Origin: Candidatus Daviesbacteria bacterium | GTDB taxonomy: Bacteria > Patescibacteriota > Microgenomatia > Daviesbacterales > UBA10151 | Length of the DNA stretch: 64,000 nt | Assembly: GCA_030648645.1 (NCBI GenBank) | Contig: JAUSHL010000038.1 | Location: 3,657 to 67,656, forward strand | Direction of reading: 5' to 3' | Shown here: positions 36,597 to 45,500 of the stretch, in pieces | Layout of the letters: each line of letters opens with the position of its first letter | Numbering within the stretch: the stretch's first letter is position 1 | The notes under the pieces: generated by a model | Told to the model about the DNA's origin: nothing | The model's input: the letters and a program-made list of their open reading frames with translations, nothing else | Databases searched by the model: none | Position numbers and translations under genes: made by a program

Positions 36597-37544
36597 TTAT
36601 AGTGGTGGTAGATTGATAAATTGAACTTCAGGTTCTAGGATAATTCCAAATTTTTCTTTTACTTCCTGCATTAAATTATGAGACAATTGCCAGACATCCG
36701 AAGCTTTGCCGTGCCCTTTATTAATTATCAAATTAGCATGAAAATTGGAAACTTCAATATCACCTATTTTTTTGCCTTTAGCTCCAATTAAATCCAAAAG
36801 TACTCCAGCCGGAACTTTTCCATAAACAATTTTATCTTTTGGAATAAGATTTAATCCGGCACCTGCCGGATCTGCAGGAATTTTTTCAACCGGAATATTT
36901 TTAAAAAATGATCCTGGACATTTTAATCCCTGAGGGTATTTGGCCATTCTTTGAGCCAGAATTTCCAGAGATTCTTTACTTAAAAGATCAGTATCTCCTT
37001 TAGGAAATTTAAAATAGGCTTCTAGAATAATTAGTCCGCCGACCGCCGAATTTCTTTTGAAGATACTTTCTCTGTAAGCAAACTCACATTGATTTTTGGG
37101 TAAAAGTTTAATTTCTGTACTATCTAAATAGGCCACTTCGGTTAAATAATCAGCAATAGTTTGTCCATAAGCTCCGGCATTGCCAAAAATTGCCCCACCG
37201 ACTGTGCCGGGAATTCCTGCCATTTTTTGTATTCCTGCCAAACCATTTTCGATACTGTAATCTACCAATTGAGAGAGTTTAGTTCCGCCCTGAACAATCA
37301 ATTCACCATCTTTCTTAATTCCCGAAATATCATTTTTAATAACCAGTCCGGCAAAACCTTCATCAGAGATAAGTAGATTACTGCCACTGCCTAAAATTAA
37401 AACAGGCAGATTTTTGGTCTTAGCCCATTTCACTCCTTCAATTAAATCTGCCTGATTATTTATTACCAGAAAATATTTAGCCGGACCACCAATATCAAAA
37501 GTGGTGAAAGGTGCCAGAGGAATATTTTCTTGAATACTGATCAT
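36597..37544 (-). CDS. murB: UDP-N-acetylenolpyruvoylglucosamine reductase
   Basis: N-terminus ...PLAPFTTFDIGGPAKYF...LPVLILGSGSNLL typical of MurB FAD-binding domain. Confidence 0.85.
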   Translation of the reverse strand: MISIQENIPLAPFTTFDIGGPAKYFLVINNQADLIEGVKWAKTKNLPVLILGSGSNLLISDEGFAGLVIKNDISGIKKDGELIVQGGTKLSQLVDYSIENGLAGIQKMAGIPGTVGGAIFGNAGAYGQTIADYLTEVAYLDSTEIKLLPKNQCEFAYRESIFKRNSAVGGLIILEAYFKFPKGDTDLLSKESLEILAQRMAKYPQGLKCPGSFFKNIPVEKIPADPAGAGLNLIPKDKIVYGKVPAGVLLDLIGAKGKKIGDIEVSNFHANLIINKGHGKASDVWQLSHNLMQEVKEKFGIILEPEVQFINLPPL

Positions 37545-37567
37545 AGTTTAATTATACTCCTTTAAAA

Positions 37568-39190
37568 TCAAAGACCCGGTAAACAGGAGATATAATCTTC
37601 CAAATCAGGCCCATGGGTTGAATAAATTGTTGGAGCAATCGTTCTACTTAAAAATAGTAGACATCTTTTAATCTCAGGAGGCAGATCTTTTAGATTTTTT
37701 GCTTTTATTGTTTTTGCTTCATCACAACCTGCAAATTCAATACAGTGAGCATCTAAATTATTTAACATTTGCTGATAGGGTATATATGGTGTTTCCAGAC
37801 CGGATTTTCTATCACTGTAGTGGGTAATAACCCGCATGGGCTGGTTTGGCCGGATAGCATCTAAATGAGTAACTGCCAGAAAATCATAACCGGCAACTCT
37901 TCGTAAATATTCCAATATAGATAAAGGAATAGGAGAAATACCTCTAAGTCGGCCTGTAGATTTACCTTTTTCCTTAAATTCTATTTGAATATCAGTTTCC
38001 CACTGTTCATTTTTGACATTTGGTAAATTTCTACAACCAACACTGGAGGTGTACGTTTTAAGTGTACCCATTCTATAGGCAATCTCATTCGGTATAATCC
38101 GTCCATATGTTGCATCGGAAATAAAATTTGATCCTGGACGACTGGCTGTTACATCCGGATAAACACCATGATAAGGATCAAGACCCATACCTTGGGCTCC
38201 TTCAAAGGTAATAGGGATGGAAGGATTATTCCAGACTGTTCCTAAAAGATGATAAGCATCTTTTAACAAATGTGGTTTCAAAACTTCACGGCACAACTCA
38301 AGTTTTTCAATAAATTCTCTTTTTGTTCCCACTGGTCGTTCAACTGGTTTACTCGATTTTAATGATTCTTTCATATTATAAACAGAAATTTCTGCTAAAT
38401 TGGCACCGAACCCCCAAAGTTGTTTTTCGCAAAAATCATAATGATTACCAAAAATTTCTTGATAATCCGGTTCAAACAAATCATTAAAGAAAACTGCATT
38501 GCGAAGGAGTAAACTGCTATAAGCAGGAGCAATGCCCCTACCGGTGGATCCCTTTGATCCGGGAAGATCTTGTTTATAAATTTTCTCGATTGCCCGGTGA
38601 GTGTCCAAAGCAAGTGGAGTAAAACCATCAATAAGTAAATTGGCAGGAAGTTTTGTTCCCAAGCTTTGTTCGACTGCATCCATTTCAACAATCAATTCGG
38701 TTGGATGTATTACCATGCCACGGGAGATAATAGCTGTTGCACCCTCTTGTGCAATTGCCATTGGTAATTGATGAGTTACTACAGTTAGTCCATTGAAAAC
38801 AGCTTCATGACCGGCATTTCCTCCTCCATTATATCTTAATGAATAAAGTTGATGATGTTTTTCGTATAATTGGTGGTTTATTTTTGCCATGACTGCACCT
38901 TTGCCTTCATCACCAAAAAGAGCTCCCTCGACACCGTAACTGTTTGGTCTGATATTAGATGTTTGGGATCTATTTAAAGAGTTGGTAAGACATTCGGAAA
39001 GTTCTTTGGTAAGAGTAGTGTCACTTAAGTTTTGTACATAATCATAAAAATATAAAATTTCTGTGCTTATCATTGTAAACAGGCAACCGGACAATTTTAA
39101 CAAATCAAAGAAAGAAAGCAAGTCCTTGACAATAGCAAGAAGCATGTTTAAAATATCAACCCAGAGAGTAATCTGCCAGCTCTTCGACAA
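37568..39190 (-). CDS. purA: adenylosuccinate synthetase-like protein with ~80-aa N-terminal extension
   Basis: FGDEGKG, GGGNAGH and GSTGRGIAPAY motifs match AdSS signatures. Confidence 0.65.
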   Translation of the reverse strand: MSKSWQITLWVDILNMLLAIVKDLLSFFDLLKLSGCLFTMISTEILYFYDYVQNLSDTTLTKELSECLTNSLNRSQTSNIRPNSYGVEGALFGDEGKGAVMAKINHQLYEKHHQLYSLRYNGGGNAGHEAVFNGLTVVTHQLPMAIAQEGATAIISRGMVIHPTELIVEMDAVEQSLGTKLPANLLIDGFTPLALDTHRAIEKIYKQDLPGSKGSTGRGIAPAYSSLLLRNAVFFNDLFEPDYQEIFGNHYDFCEKQLWGFGANLAEISVYNMKESLKSSKPVERPVGTKREFIEKLELCREVLKPHLLKDAYHLLGTVWNNPSIPITFEGAQGMGLDPYHGVYPDVTASRPGSNFISDATYGRIIPNEIAYRMGTLKTYTSSVGCRNLPNVKNEQWETDIQIEFKEKGKSTGRLRGISPIPLSILEYLRRVAGYDFLAVTHLDAIRPNQPMRVITHYSDRKSGLETPYIPYQQMLNNLDAHCIEFAGCDEAKTIKAKNLKDLPPEIKRCLLFLSRTIAPTIYSTHGPDLEDYISCLPGL

Positions 39191-39205
39191 GCTCAGGGTA
39201 AAAAT

Positions 39206-39535
39206 ATGGTAAAAAAAATAACTAGAACCTATAACCTAGAACCTAAAACCTCAGTCAAACCATTGGCAGGTTATGTTTTAATAGAACCTGCTGAAGCGGA
39301 AACTAAAACTTCTTCAGGTATAATCCTTCCGGAAAATGCTCAGGAAAAACCCAGTTTGGGAACAGTTTTAGCTTGTGGAGAAAGTTTGATCTTAGAAAAT
39401 GGCAAAACTATTGGATCCCCAGTCAAACCTGGGGACAAGGTTTATTTTAAAAAATGGGGCAGTGATGATATTAAAATTGAAGGAAAGGAATTAAAATTAG
39501 TCAAATTTGATGATCTGATGGCTATCGTTGAGTGA
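39206..39535 (+). CDS. groES: co-chaperonin GroES
   Basis: ...KPLAGYVLIEPAEAETKTSSGIILPENAQEKPSLGTVLACG... Confidence 0.85.
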   Translation: MVKKITRTYNLEPKTSVKPLAGYVLIEPAEAETKTSSGIILPENAQEKPSLGTVLACGESLILENGKTIGSPVKPGDKVYFKKWGSDDIKIEGKELKLVKFDDLMAIVE

Positions 39536-39554
39536 AGTTGACCCGCCTCTGGCG

Positions 39555-39704
39555 AGGTCATCCTGAGCGTAGTCGAAGGATTGATGACTTAATGGCAATA
39601 GTGGAGTGAGATTGCTTCTCCGCCAGTTGGCGGATCGCAATGACGCCAGCACTGAGTGTAGTTGAAGTGTCATTGCGAGGAGCCGAAGGCGACGTGGCAA
39701 TCTA
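39555..39704. mobile_element. MITE-like element immediately downstream of groES
   Basis: gaggtcatcctgagcg ... gagattgcttctccgccagttggcggatcgcaatgac ... gtcattgcgaggagccgaaggcgacgtggcaatct. Confidence 0.6.
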
Positions 39705-39722
39705 TGAAAAAGGGAGAAAAAT

Positions 39723-40109
39723 ATGGTTATAGAAACAAATAGACAATTTGAAGTGGATGCTAAATCGGTGGAATTAATTGATAGTGGGTTAGTGGCAAAA
39801 TCTGTAGATGGTACTAAACTGTTTAAGTGGGTTGATTACGGGAGCTCTATTATATTCGCCTATGCCCGACACTTATCAGATGACAAATCAGCAATAGAGA
39901 TGTTGGATAACATGTGTCAAGCACGAAATGGTAATATGTCAGCTTTAACTCAATATCGTAGTTTAGTAGAGTCATCATTAAAGCATTATCAACAACTGCA
40001 TCCAGAATATGAGAACTGTGTTTTAGGGGTGGATGTTTCAATTGAAAGAAGGGAACAGATAAAATATAATCATCGTGAAATTGGTATTTGGAAGCCAATT
40101 AGTATTTAA
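39723..40109 (+). CDS. hypothetical protein (gene 1 of 3 inserted between groES and groEL)
   Basis: ORF track; preceded by AGGGAGAAAAATATG. Confidence 0.4.
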   Translation: MVIETNRQFEVDAKSVELIDSGLVAKSVDGTKLFKWVDYGSSIIFAYARHLSDDKSAIEMLDNMCQARNGNMSALTQYRSLVESSLKHYQQLHPEYENCVLGVDVSIERREQIKYNHREIGIWKPISI

Positions 40110-40120
40110 AGGAGAAAAAT

Positions 40121-40573
40121 ATGACAGAAATAGTATCAGAAATAAAACAATTACAGATTAATCCCAGAACTATTAGAAGAAGTGAGGGGGAGTTTTTCGC
40201 AACAGGTAGAAATGGAGTAGATATTTTTTGTCTCTTAGGTAGTGTAGGAAGTTTGCTGGATGAATATCTTACTTATAAGCATTTAGCTGGTCAAAAATTA
40301 TCAGAAGAATTATCAGGCGAATATAGAGATTTAGCCAAAAGAGCTCTTGATTGGTATATAAAAGAAAATTTTGAAAATAGAAGGGATATGGCTTTAGGTG
40401 TTCTGGTTGATGAGAATGAAGAAGGAGAATTAATGTATAAGCATGATGATCTGGGTTATTGGAAAAAAGTTGGCAAAAAAGCTAGACATGCTGGAGGAGT
40501 AATAAGGATAAGGAGACAAAATGGTTATGCGGATGGATATTCATGGAGAATAGTAGAGATACCAGTAACTTAA
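40121..40573 (+). CDS. hypothetical protein (gene 2 of 3 inserted between groES and groEL)
   Basis: ORF track; preceded by TAAAGGAGAAAAATATG. Confidence 0.4.
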   Translation: MTEIVSEIKQLQINPRTIRRSEGEFFATGRNGVDIFCLLGSVGSLLDEYLTYKHLAGQKLSEELSGEYRDLAKRALDWYIKENFENRRDMALGVLVDENEEGELMYKHDDLGYWKKVGKKARHAGGVIRIRRQNGYADGYSWRIVEIPVT

Positions 40574-40583
40574 GGAGAAAAAT

Positions 40584-40865
40584 ATGGCAAATATTTATTT
40601 TGAAATAAGAACAGACCCATCTATAATAAAACAGTTGATAAATTCAAGTCAATGTTTGTGGAATAAAGTTTATGACAATGCCGTGGCAGTTGTTAAAGGG
40701 CAGGAAAAACCGGATTTTCGTGTGAATATTGCATATCTTGAAATCAAAAGGGATTTGGCTACTTTAACCGGGGATATTCATGAAGAAGGCAGACTGAATG
40801 ATTTAAGAAGAAATTTGGAAAGATCATCGAGCACATCCTCTGCTGAAAGAAGAAGGGGATATTAA
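40584..40865 (+). CDS. hypothetical protein (gene 3 of 3 inserted between groES and groEL)
   Basis: ORF track; preceded by TAAGGAGAAAAATATG. Confidence 0.4.
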   Translation: MANIYFEIRTDPSIIKQLINSSQCLWNKVYDNAVAVVKGQEKPDFRVNIAYLEIKRDLATLTGDIHEEGRLNDLRRNLERSSSTSSAERRRGY

Positions 40866-40880
40866 TTAAAGGAAAAAAAT

Positions 40881-42518
40881 ATGGCTAAAATATTGAAATT
40901 TGATAGTGAAGCAAGAGAGAAATTATTAAAAGGGATTAATATCCTGACTGAGGCTGTGGCTTCAACACTGGGACCCAAGGGAAGAAATGTTGCCATAGAT
41001 CGCAAATGGGGTGCTCCCAATGTGGTCCATGACGGAGTAACTGTTGCCAAAGAAATTGAACTGGAAGATCCATTTGAAAATATGGGGGCTCAACTGATTA
41101 AGGAAGCAGCCTCCAAAACCAATGATGTGGCAGGAGATGGAACCACCACTGCTACTATTTTGGCTCAAGCCATTGTGGCAGAAGGCTTAAAAAATATTCA
41201 GGCCGGAGCCAATCCAATGATTTTGCGACACGGTATTGAAAAGGCAGTTGATATTTTAGTTGAGGAATTGAAGAAAATGAGCAAAAAACTTACTCTGCCT
41301 TCAGAAATTACTCAGGTTGCCACTATTTCTGCTCAGGATGAAGTAATCGGTAAAATAATTTCTGATGCTATTTCCCGGGTTGGTAAAGATGGAGTAATTA
41401 CAGTTGAGGAGGGAAAAACTATGGAAATGAGCGTTGATTATAAGGAAGGTATGGAATTTGAAAAAGGCTATGCTTCTCCTTATTTTGTCACTGACACTGA
41501 TAAGATGGAATCTTCTATTGAAGATGCTCACATCTTAATTACTGATAAGAAAATCTCCAATATGGCCGAACTTTTGCCTTTCCTGGAAAAGTTTGTCCAA
41601 GTTTCGAAAAATTTAGTCATTATTGCTGATGAGATTGAGGGAGAAGCCTTAACTACATTGGTGGTTAATAAACTTCGGGGAGTATTTAATGTTTTGGCAG
41701 TAGGAGCACCAGGGTTTGGCGATCGAAGAAAAGAAATGCTTTCCGATATTGCTATTTTAACTGGTGGAACAATAATTTCCGAAGATACCGGCCGAAAACT
41801 TGATTCAGTTGAAGTGACTGATTTAGGTAGAGCTGGAAGAGTCACCTCTTCCAAAGATACAACTTTAATTGTTGATGGAAAAGGATCAAAGAGTAAAATT
41901 GATGCCCGAGTTTTGCAAATAAGAAAAGAACTGGAAAATTCTGATTCAGAATTTGATAAAGAAAAACTGGCTGAAAGATTGGCAAAACTTACCGGTGGAG
42001 TAGCAGTGATAAATGTGGGAGCAGCAACTGAGGTGGAAATGAAAGAGAAAAAAGAAAGAGTGATTGATGCAGTGGCTGCCACTAAAGCTGCCATTGAAGA
42101 AGGAATTGTGGCTGGAGGAGAGATTGCTTTACTTAGAGTAGTCTCAGTTTTAGATAAAACAAAAGCTGACCCTTCAACAGGCTCAGGGCAAGAGGAAAAA
42201 GTGGGAGTGGAAATTATCAAAAAAGCGATTGAACAGCCCTTTAGAAGATTAATGAGTAATGCCGGTTTTGATCCAGGGGTAATGCTTGCTAAAGTTTTAG
42301 AATCTGCAGGGAATATGGGGATAGATGTGTTGGATGGTAGTGTGAAAGATTTAGTCAAAGCAGGTATTATTGATCCGGTTAAAGTTACCAGAACAGCTTT
42401 GCAAAATGCCTCATCGGTGGCTATTATGGTGATGAGTACTAATTGTTTAATTACAGATTTACCGGAGAAAAATTCTCCAGCCATGCCCCAAATCCCTCAG
42501 GGAATGGGTGAATATTAA
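40881..42518 (+). CDS. groEL: chaperonin GroEL
   Basis: MAKILKFDSEAREKLLKGINILTEAVASTLGPKGRNV...AGDGTTTATILAQAIV; 545 aa. Confidence 0.95.
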   Translation: MAKILKFDSEAREKLLKGINILTEAVASTLGPKGRNVAIDRKWGAPNVVHDGVTVAKEIELEDPFENMGAQLIKEAASKTNDVAGDGTTTATILAQAIVAEGLKNIQAGANPMILRHGIEKAVDILVEELKKMSKKLTLPSEITQVATISAQDEVIGKIISDAISRVGKDGVITVEEGKTMEMSVDYKEGMEFEKGYASPYFVTDTDKMESSIEDAHILITDKKISNMAELLPFLEKFVQVSKNLVIIADEIEGEALTTLVVNKLRGVFNVLAVGAPGFGDRRKEMLSDIAILTGGTIISEDTGRKLDSVEVTDLGRAGRVTSSKDTTLIVDGKGSKSKIDARVLQIRKELENSDSEFDKEKLAERLAKLTGGVAVINVGAATEVEMKEKKERVIDAVAATKAAIEEGIVAGGEIALLRVVSVLDKTKADPSTGSGQEEKVGVEIIKKAIEQPFRRLMSNAGFDPGVMLAKVLESAGNMGIDVLDGSVKDLVKAGIIDPVKVTRTALQNASSVAIMVMSTNCLITDLPEKNSPAMPQIPQGMGEY

Positions 42519-42521
42519 GCG

Positions 42522-42788
42522 TTAATACACTTGATTGTGTGAGCCAATATCCATAAAAATAACTTCATCTTCTGAGATCGGCATATAAGTTATACGAATA
42601 TCTCCGGTAACAGAAAAAGAATCTAATCCCTTTTTAGCTCCGGATAGCTCGTGATTTTCTAAAAGGGGATTTCTTAAATTAGCTTTAAACAAATTTATTC
42701 TTGTTTCTGTCTGAAGCACCAATTTCTTATTAAGAGAGATTCTGATTTTGTAAGATTTTTTAAATTTACGATGAAGTCTAATTCTCAT
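42522..42788 (-). CDS. relE: RelE/StbE-family toxin
   Basis: C-terminal ...IRITYMPISEDEVIFMDIGSHNQVY RelE/ParE tail. Confidence 0.6.
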   Translation of the reverse strand: MRIRLHRKFKKSYKIRISLNKKLVLQTETRINLFKANLRNPLLENHELSGAKKGLDSFSVTGDIRITYMPISEDEVIFMDIGSHNQVY

Positions 42789-43062
42789 TCAAATGCTTCA
42801 TTAAGTCACTGACATTTGTAAATGTTGTAAGCTTTGCCTTGCCTGATTCTATTTCATCAATCATCTTGTCATATCGTTTAATAGCTTTAGGGGAGAGTTG
42901 AATAGCTTCTTCAAATTTGAGATTAACTTCTCCGACAGCTATTTTATTGATAAATAATCTTATAATCTCCTGTAAAGAAGAAAAACCCATTTTTTCCACT
43001 CTTAAAGTAGCCTGATCGCGTACGCTTTTATTTATAGGAACCTGTAAAGTAACACTGTTCAT
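42778..43062 (-). CDS. relB: RelB/DinJ-family antitoxin
   Basis: Position upstream of and overlapping relE; small acidic protein. Confidence 0.5.
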   Translation of the reverse strand: MNSVTLQVPINKSVRDQATLRVEKMGFSSLQEIIRLFINKIAVGEVNLKFEEAIQLSPKAIKRYDKMIDEIESGKAKLTTFTNVSDLMKHLNEN

Positions 43063-43143
43063 AGTAATATAATTATACTGTTTTGATATTATTTGTCAAG
43101 ACTAGTAGTAGCGAGATGATGAAAATTGTGTACAATATAGTTA

Positions 43144-43734
43144 ATGGCAAAACTGCACTATCAAAAACCACCAACAGAAAAAGAAAAAAAAGATTATGCC
43201 AAGTTTTTGGCAGAGGATGAAGAATTAGTTTTAATCACCGGTTTGGGAAAAATATATCTTCGATCTTATTTTATCATTGGAATTGCCTGGCCGGGAGGGA
43301 TTTTTTTAATCTTAGGTTTAATTGCTTCTTATTTATTAAGAGTAAATTTAGCTTGGGGTTTAAGTTTTGGTCTGATTTTGGCTTGTGTGGTGGCCTTTGT
43401 AAAAACAAGTTATACCAATCATGCCAATAAATATTTACTAACTACCAGACGGGTAATTATTAAAAAAAGTATTGTGGCTGTAAAACTTACAGCAGCCTTG
43501 TATGACAAAATTACTCACATTGAAGTAGAACAATCGTTTGCAGATAAAATCTTTTATCAACACGGAACAATAATTATTAACACTGCCGGAACAAATAAAG
43601 GTGAAATTACTTTAAAATATATTGATTATCCGGTTGAATTTAAGAATTTATTGGAAAGATTAATTAATAGAGAAAGAGAGCAATATGGATTTAGGGCTGG
43701 GCATTTGGAGACAATAGAAGGGGAAGTAGTTTAG
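43144..43734 (+). CDS. membrane protein with bacterial PH (bPH_2/YdbT-like) domain
   Basis: Two TM helices followed by ...HGTIIINTAGTNKGEITLKYIDYPVEFKNLL typical of bPH_2. Confidence 0.5.
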   Translation: MAKLHYQKPPTEKEKKDYAKFLAEDEELVLITGLGKIYLRSYFIIGIAWPGGIFLILGLIASYLLRVNLAWGLSFGLILACVVAFVKTSYTNHANKYLLTTRRVIIKKSIVAVKLTAALYDKITHIEVEQSFADKIFYQHGTIIINTAGTNKGEITLKYIDYPVEFKNLLERLINREREQYGFRAGHLETIEGEVV

Positions 43735-44359
43735 GTAAAATAAGTTCAGGATTAAAATATTCTCCATTTTTAGTAGTTTCCAAGTGAGTGTGTGGTCCAC
43801 TGGTGCGTCCGGTCATTCCAACTTCCCCTAAAATTGAATTTTGGGTAACAATATCATCTTTTTTTACAAAAATTCTGCCCATATGGCCATAAGTAGATTT
43901 AATGCCCTGTTCATGTTCAATTACTACATAATGTCCTAATCCAAAATAACCAAAAGAGACTTCTATAATTTTACCGGAATTGATCGGATGTATCGGCATT
44001 CCTAATCCCGTGGCGATATCTACTCCAGGATGTCCCGCTGAAAAACTGGTAGTTTTATAACCCGGATGAGGTAGAATAAAAGGATCCTTGAAGCTGGAAT
44101 TTTGGATAATTTGTTCCTGAGAAAATTCAGCTTTGACAATTGATTGGGTAATAGGCGGAATATCTAAAGTAGGCTGGTATCCGGAAAAATAAAATAACAA
44201 AGAGAGCCCCAAAATGACTTTGGAGAGTAAGGAACACTTGAATATTTTTAGCTTTTCGGAACCCCTAACCCTGAAGCTATGTTGGGAAACTATACGATTT
44301 AGGGCGACCCTTTCGTGTAGTTTCTTAGGCAAAAGGCTTTTTAACCTATCTTTAAACAA
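43691..44359 (-). CDS. M23-family peptidoglycan metalloendopeptidase
   Basis: HPGVDIA...GHYVVIEHEQGIKSTYGHM...GPHTHLE (HxxxD and HxH motifs). Confidence 0.8.
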   Translation of the reverse strand: MFKDRLKSLLPKKLHERVALNRIVSQHSFRVRGSEKLKIFKCSLLSKVILGLSLLFYFSGYQPTLDIPPITQSIVKAEFSQEQIIQNSSFKDPFILPHPGYKTTSFSAGHPGVDIATGLGMPIHPINSGKIIEVSFGYFGLGHYVVIEHEQGIKSTYGHMGRIFVKKDDIVTQNSILGEVGMTGRTSGPHTHLETTKNGEYFNPELILPKLLPLLLSPNAQP

Positions 44360-44475
44360 ACTTGTGAATTATAAGCCAATTTAACTCAAATTGCAACTTT
44401 CGTTAAATGGCTTGAGCCCAAATTAAAGTATTTGGGCATAACAAAATTTAGGCACAAAAGCAAATCTGGGTGCGA

Positions 44476-44643
44476 TTAAACTTCCACAAAAGCTCTAATA
44501 GCTTTTTCTGTGTTCTCATAAGCTTCTTTTTTAGTTTTACCCTGTGACATACATCCATATAAATTTACCACATCAGACACATAACCTTTATAGTCCTTGT
44601 CATAAGTCAATTTAATTATGTAATCCAATTTGTCGTGTCTCAT
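44476..44643 (-). CDS. small HicB-like (UPF0150) protein, 55 aa, absent from the ORF track; orphan
   Basis: Translates to MRHDKLDYIIKLTYDKDYKGYVSDVVNLYGCMSQGKTKKEAYENTEKAIRAFVEV; pattern Y.A..E.D.dGGY....P.LPGC.SQGDT.eEA..N..EAI. Confidence 0.35.
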   Translation of the reverse strand: MRHDKLDYIIKLTYDKDYKGYVSDVVNLYGCMSQGKTKKEAYENTEKAIRAFVEV

Positions 44644-45220
44644 CTTTCAATTATACCATCAAATTTCAATATGGTATACTAAAAAGGTGAACACTTCGAA
44701 GCTCAGTGCAAGTCAAAAAGGTTTCGCTACCATTTTAATTTTGGTTGGAATATTGGTAATAGTAGCAGTAGTTGGTGGGACATATTATTTTGATAAATTC
44801 CAAATTTCTAAATCTCAGCCTCAAAGTTCAGTGGCACAAGCCGTGCAGCCGACTATTGTTTTACAACCTACATTAGCAACGAATAACCTGAACACGAATG
44901 AATTGCAAGGGTTTCCAGCTTATCCTAATGCTATCTATATAGGAAAACAACCTATTGTTCCTTGTAGTAACGGCACTGAGCAAAATGGATTCAGTACATG
45001 TAATGCTGTGATTTATTCATGGAAAACATCAGACGATTATGATCAAGTAATACTCTATTATAGAAATAAAGAGTGGTTGTGTGGTGGAGCTGGTTCATAT
45101 GATGGACCAAGGAGTGCTTCTGGGGGAGGTAATAATTGTACCAAGAATAATAGGCGTTTTGGGACTTTTTTTGATGCTTCTGCTAAAGAAACGAAGATAG
45201 ATTTTGCACTATACCCTTAA
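44630..45220 (+). CDS. secreted protein with prepilin-like N-terminus (KG/FATILILVG...); true start probably downstream of the annotated ATG
   Basis: SQKGFATILILVGILVIVAVVGG resembles class III signal peptide but lacks Glu at +5; annotated start overlaps the HicB-like ORF. Confidence 0.3.
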   Translation: MSCLIFQLYHQISIWYTKKVNTSKLSASQKGFATILILVGILVIVAVVGGTYYFDKFQISKSQPQSSVAQAVQPTIVLQPTLATNNLNTNELQGFPAYPNAIYIGKQPIVPCSNGTEQNGFSTCNAVIYSWKTSDDYDQVILYYRNKEWLCGGAGSYDGPRSASGGGNNCTKNNRRFGTFFDASAKETKIDFALYP

Positions 45221-45314
45221 CTCATCAAATTCTTTCCACTTTTAGATTCAACTAATGATCACTACAAGTAAACTTACTCAGTAAATCACAAACTCTTGGA
45301 CGGCCACATCATAA

Positions 45315-45404
45315 ATATCACACCCTTGTGTGTCATATCACACCCCAAGGGTGTGATATGACACACCCTTGGGGTGTGATATGACATTGGGGTGTGATAT
45401 GACA
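45315..45404. repeat. array of 15-16-bp repeats GGGTGTGATATGACA (one inverted pair followed by direct copies)
   Basis: atatcacaccc, tgtcatatcacacccc, gggtgtgatatgaca, ggggtgtgatatgaca, ggggtgtgatatgaca in 90 bp. Confidence 0.85.
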
Positions 45405-45500
45405 AAGGATTAATTTCATACCAATTGCTTGGACGATCGTACACTAAATTGGTTTAACTTTTTCTAATCTTTCAAACTGGTATAATAGATGTAATCTTTT

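Noticed and set aside
41528-42484. Minus-strand ORF 318 aa
   Set aside because: It is antisense to groEL; GroEL identity on the plus strand is unambiguous.
45315-45404. Possible CRISPR array
   Set aside because: The repeats are 15-16 bp, the spacers only 4-10 bp, and one copy is inverted. This is not CRISPR architecture, and no cas genes are adjacent.
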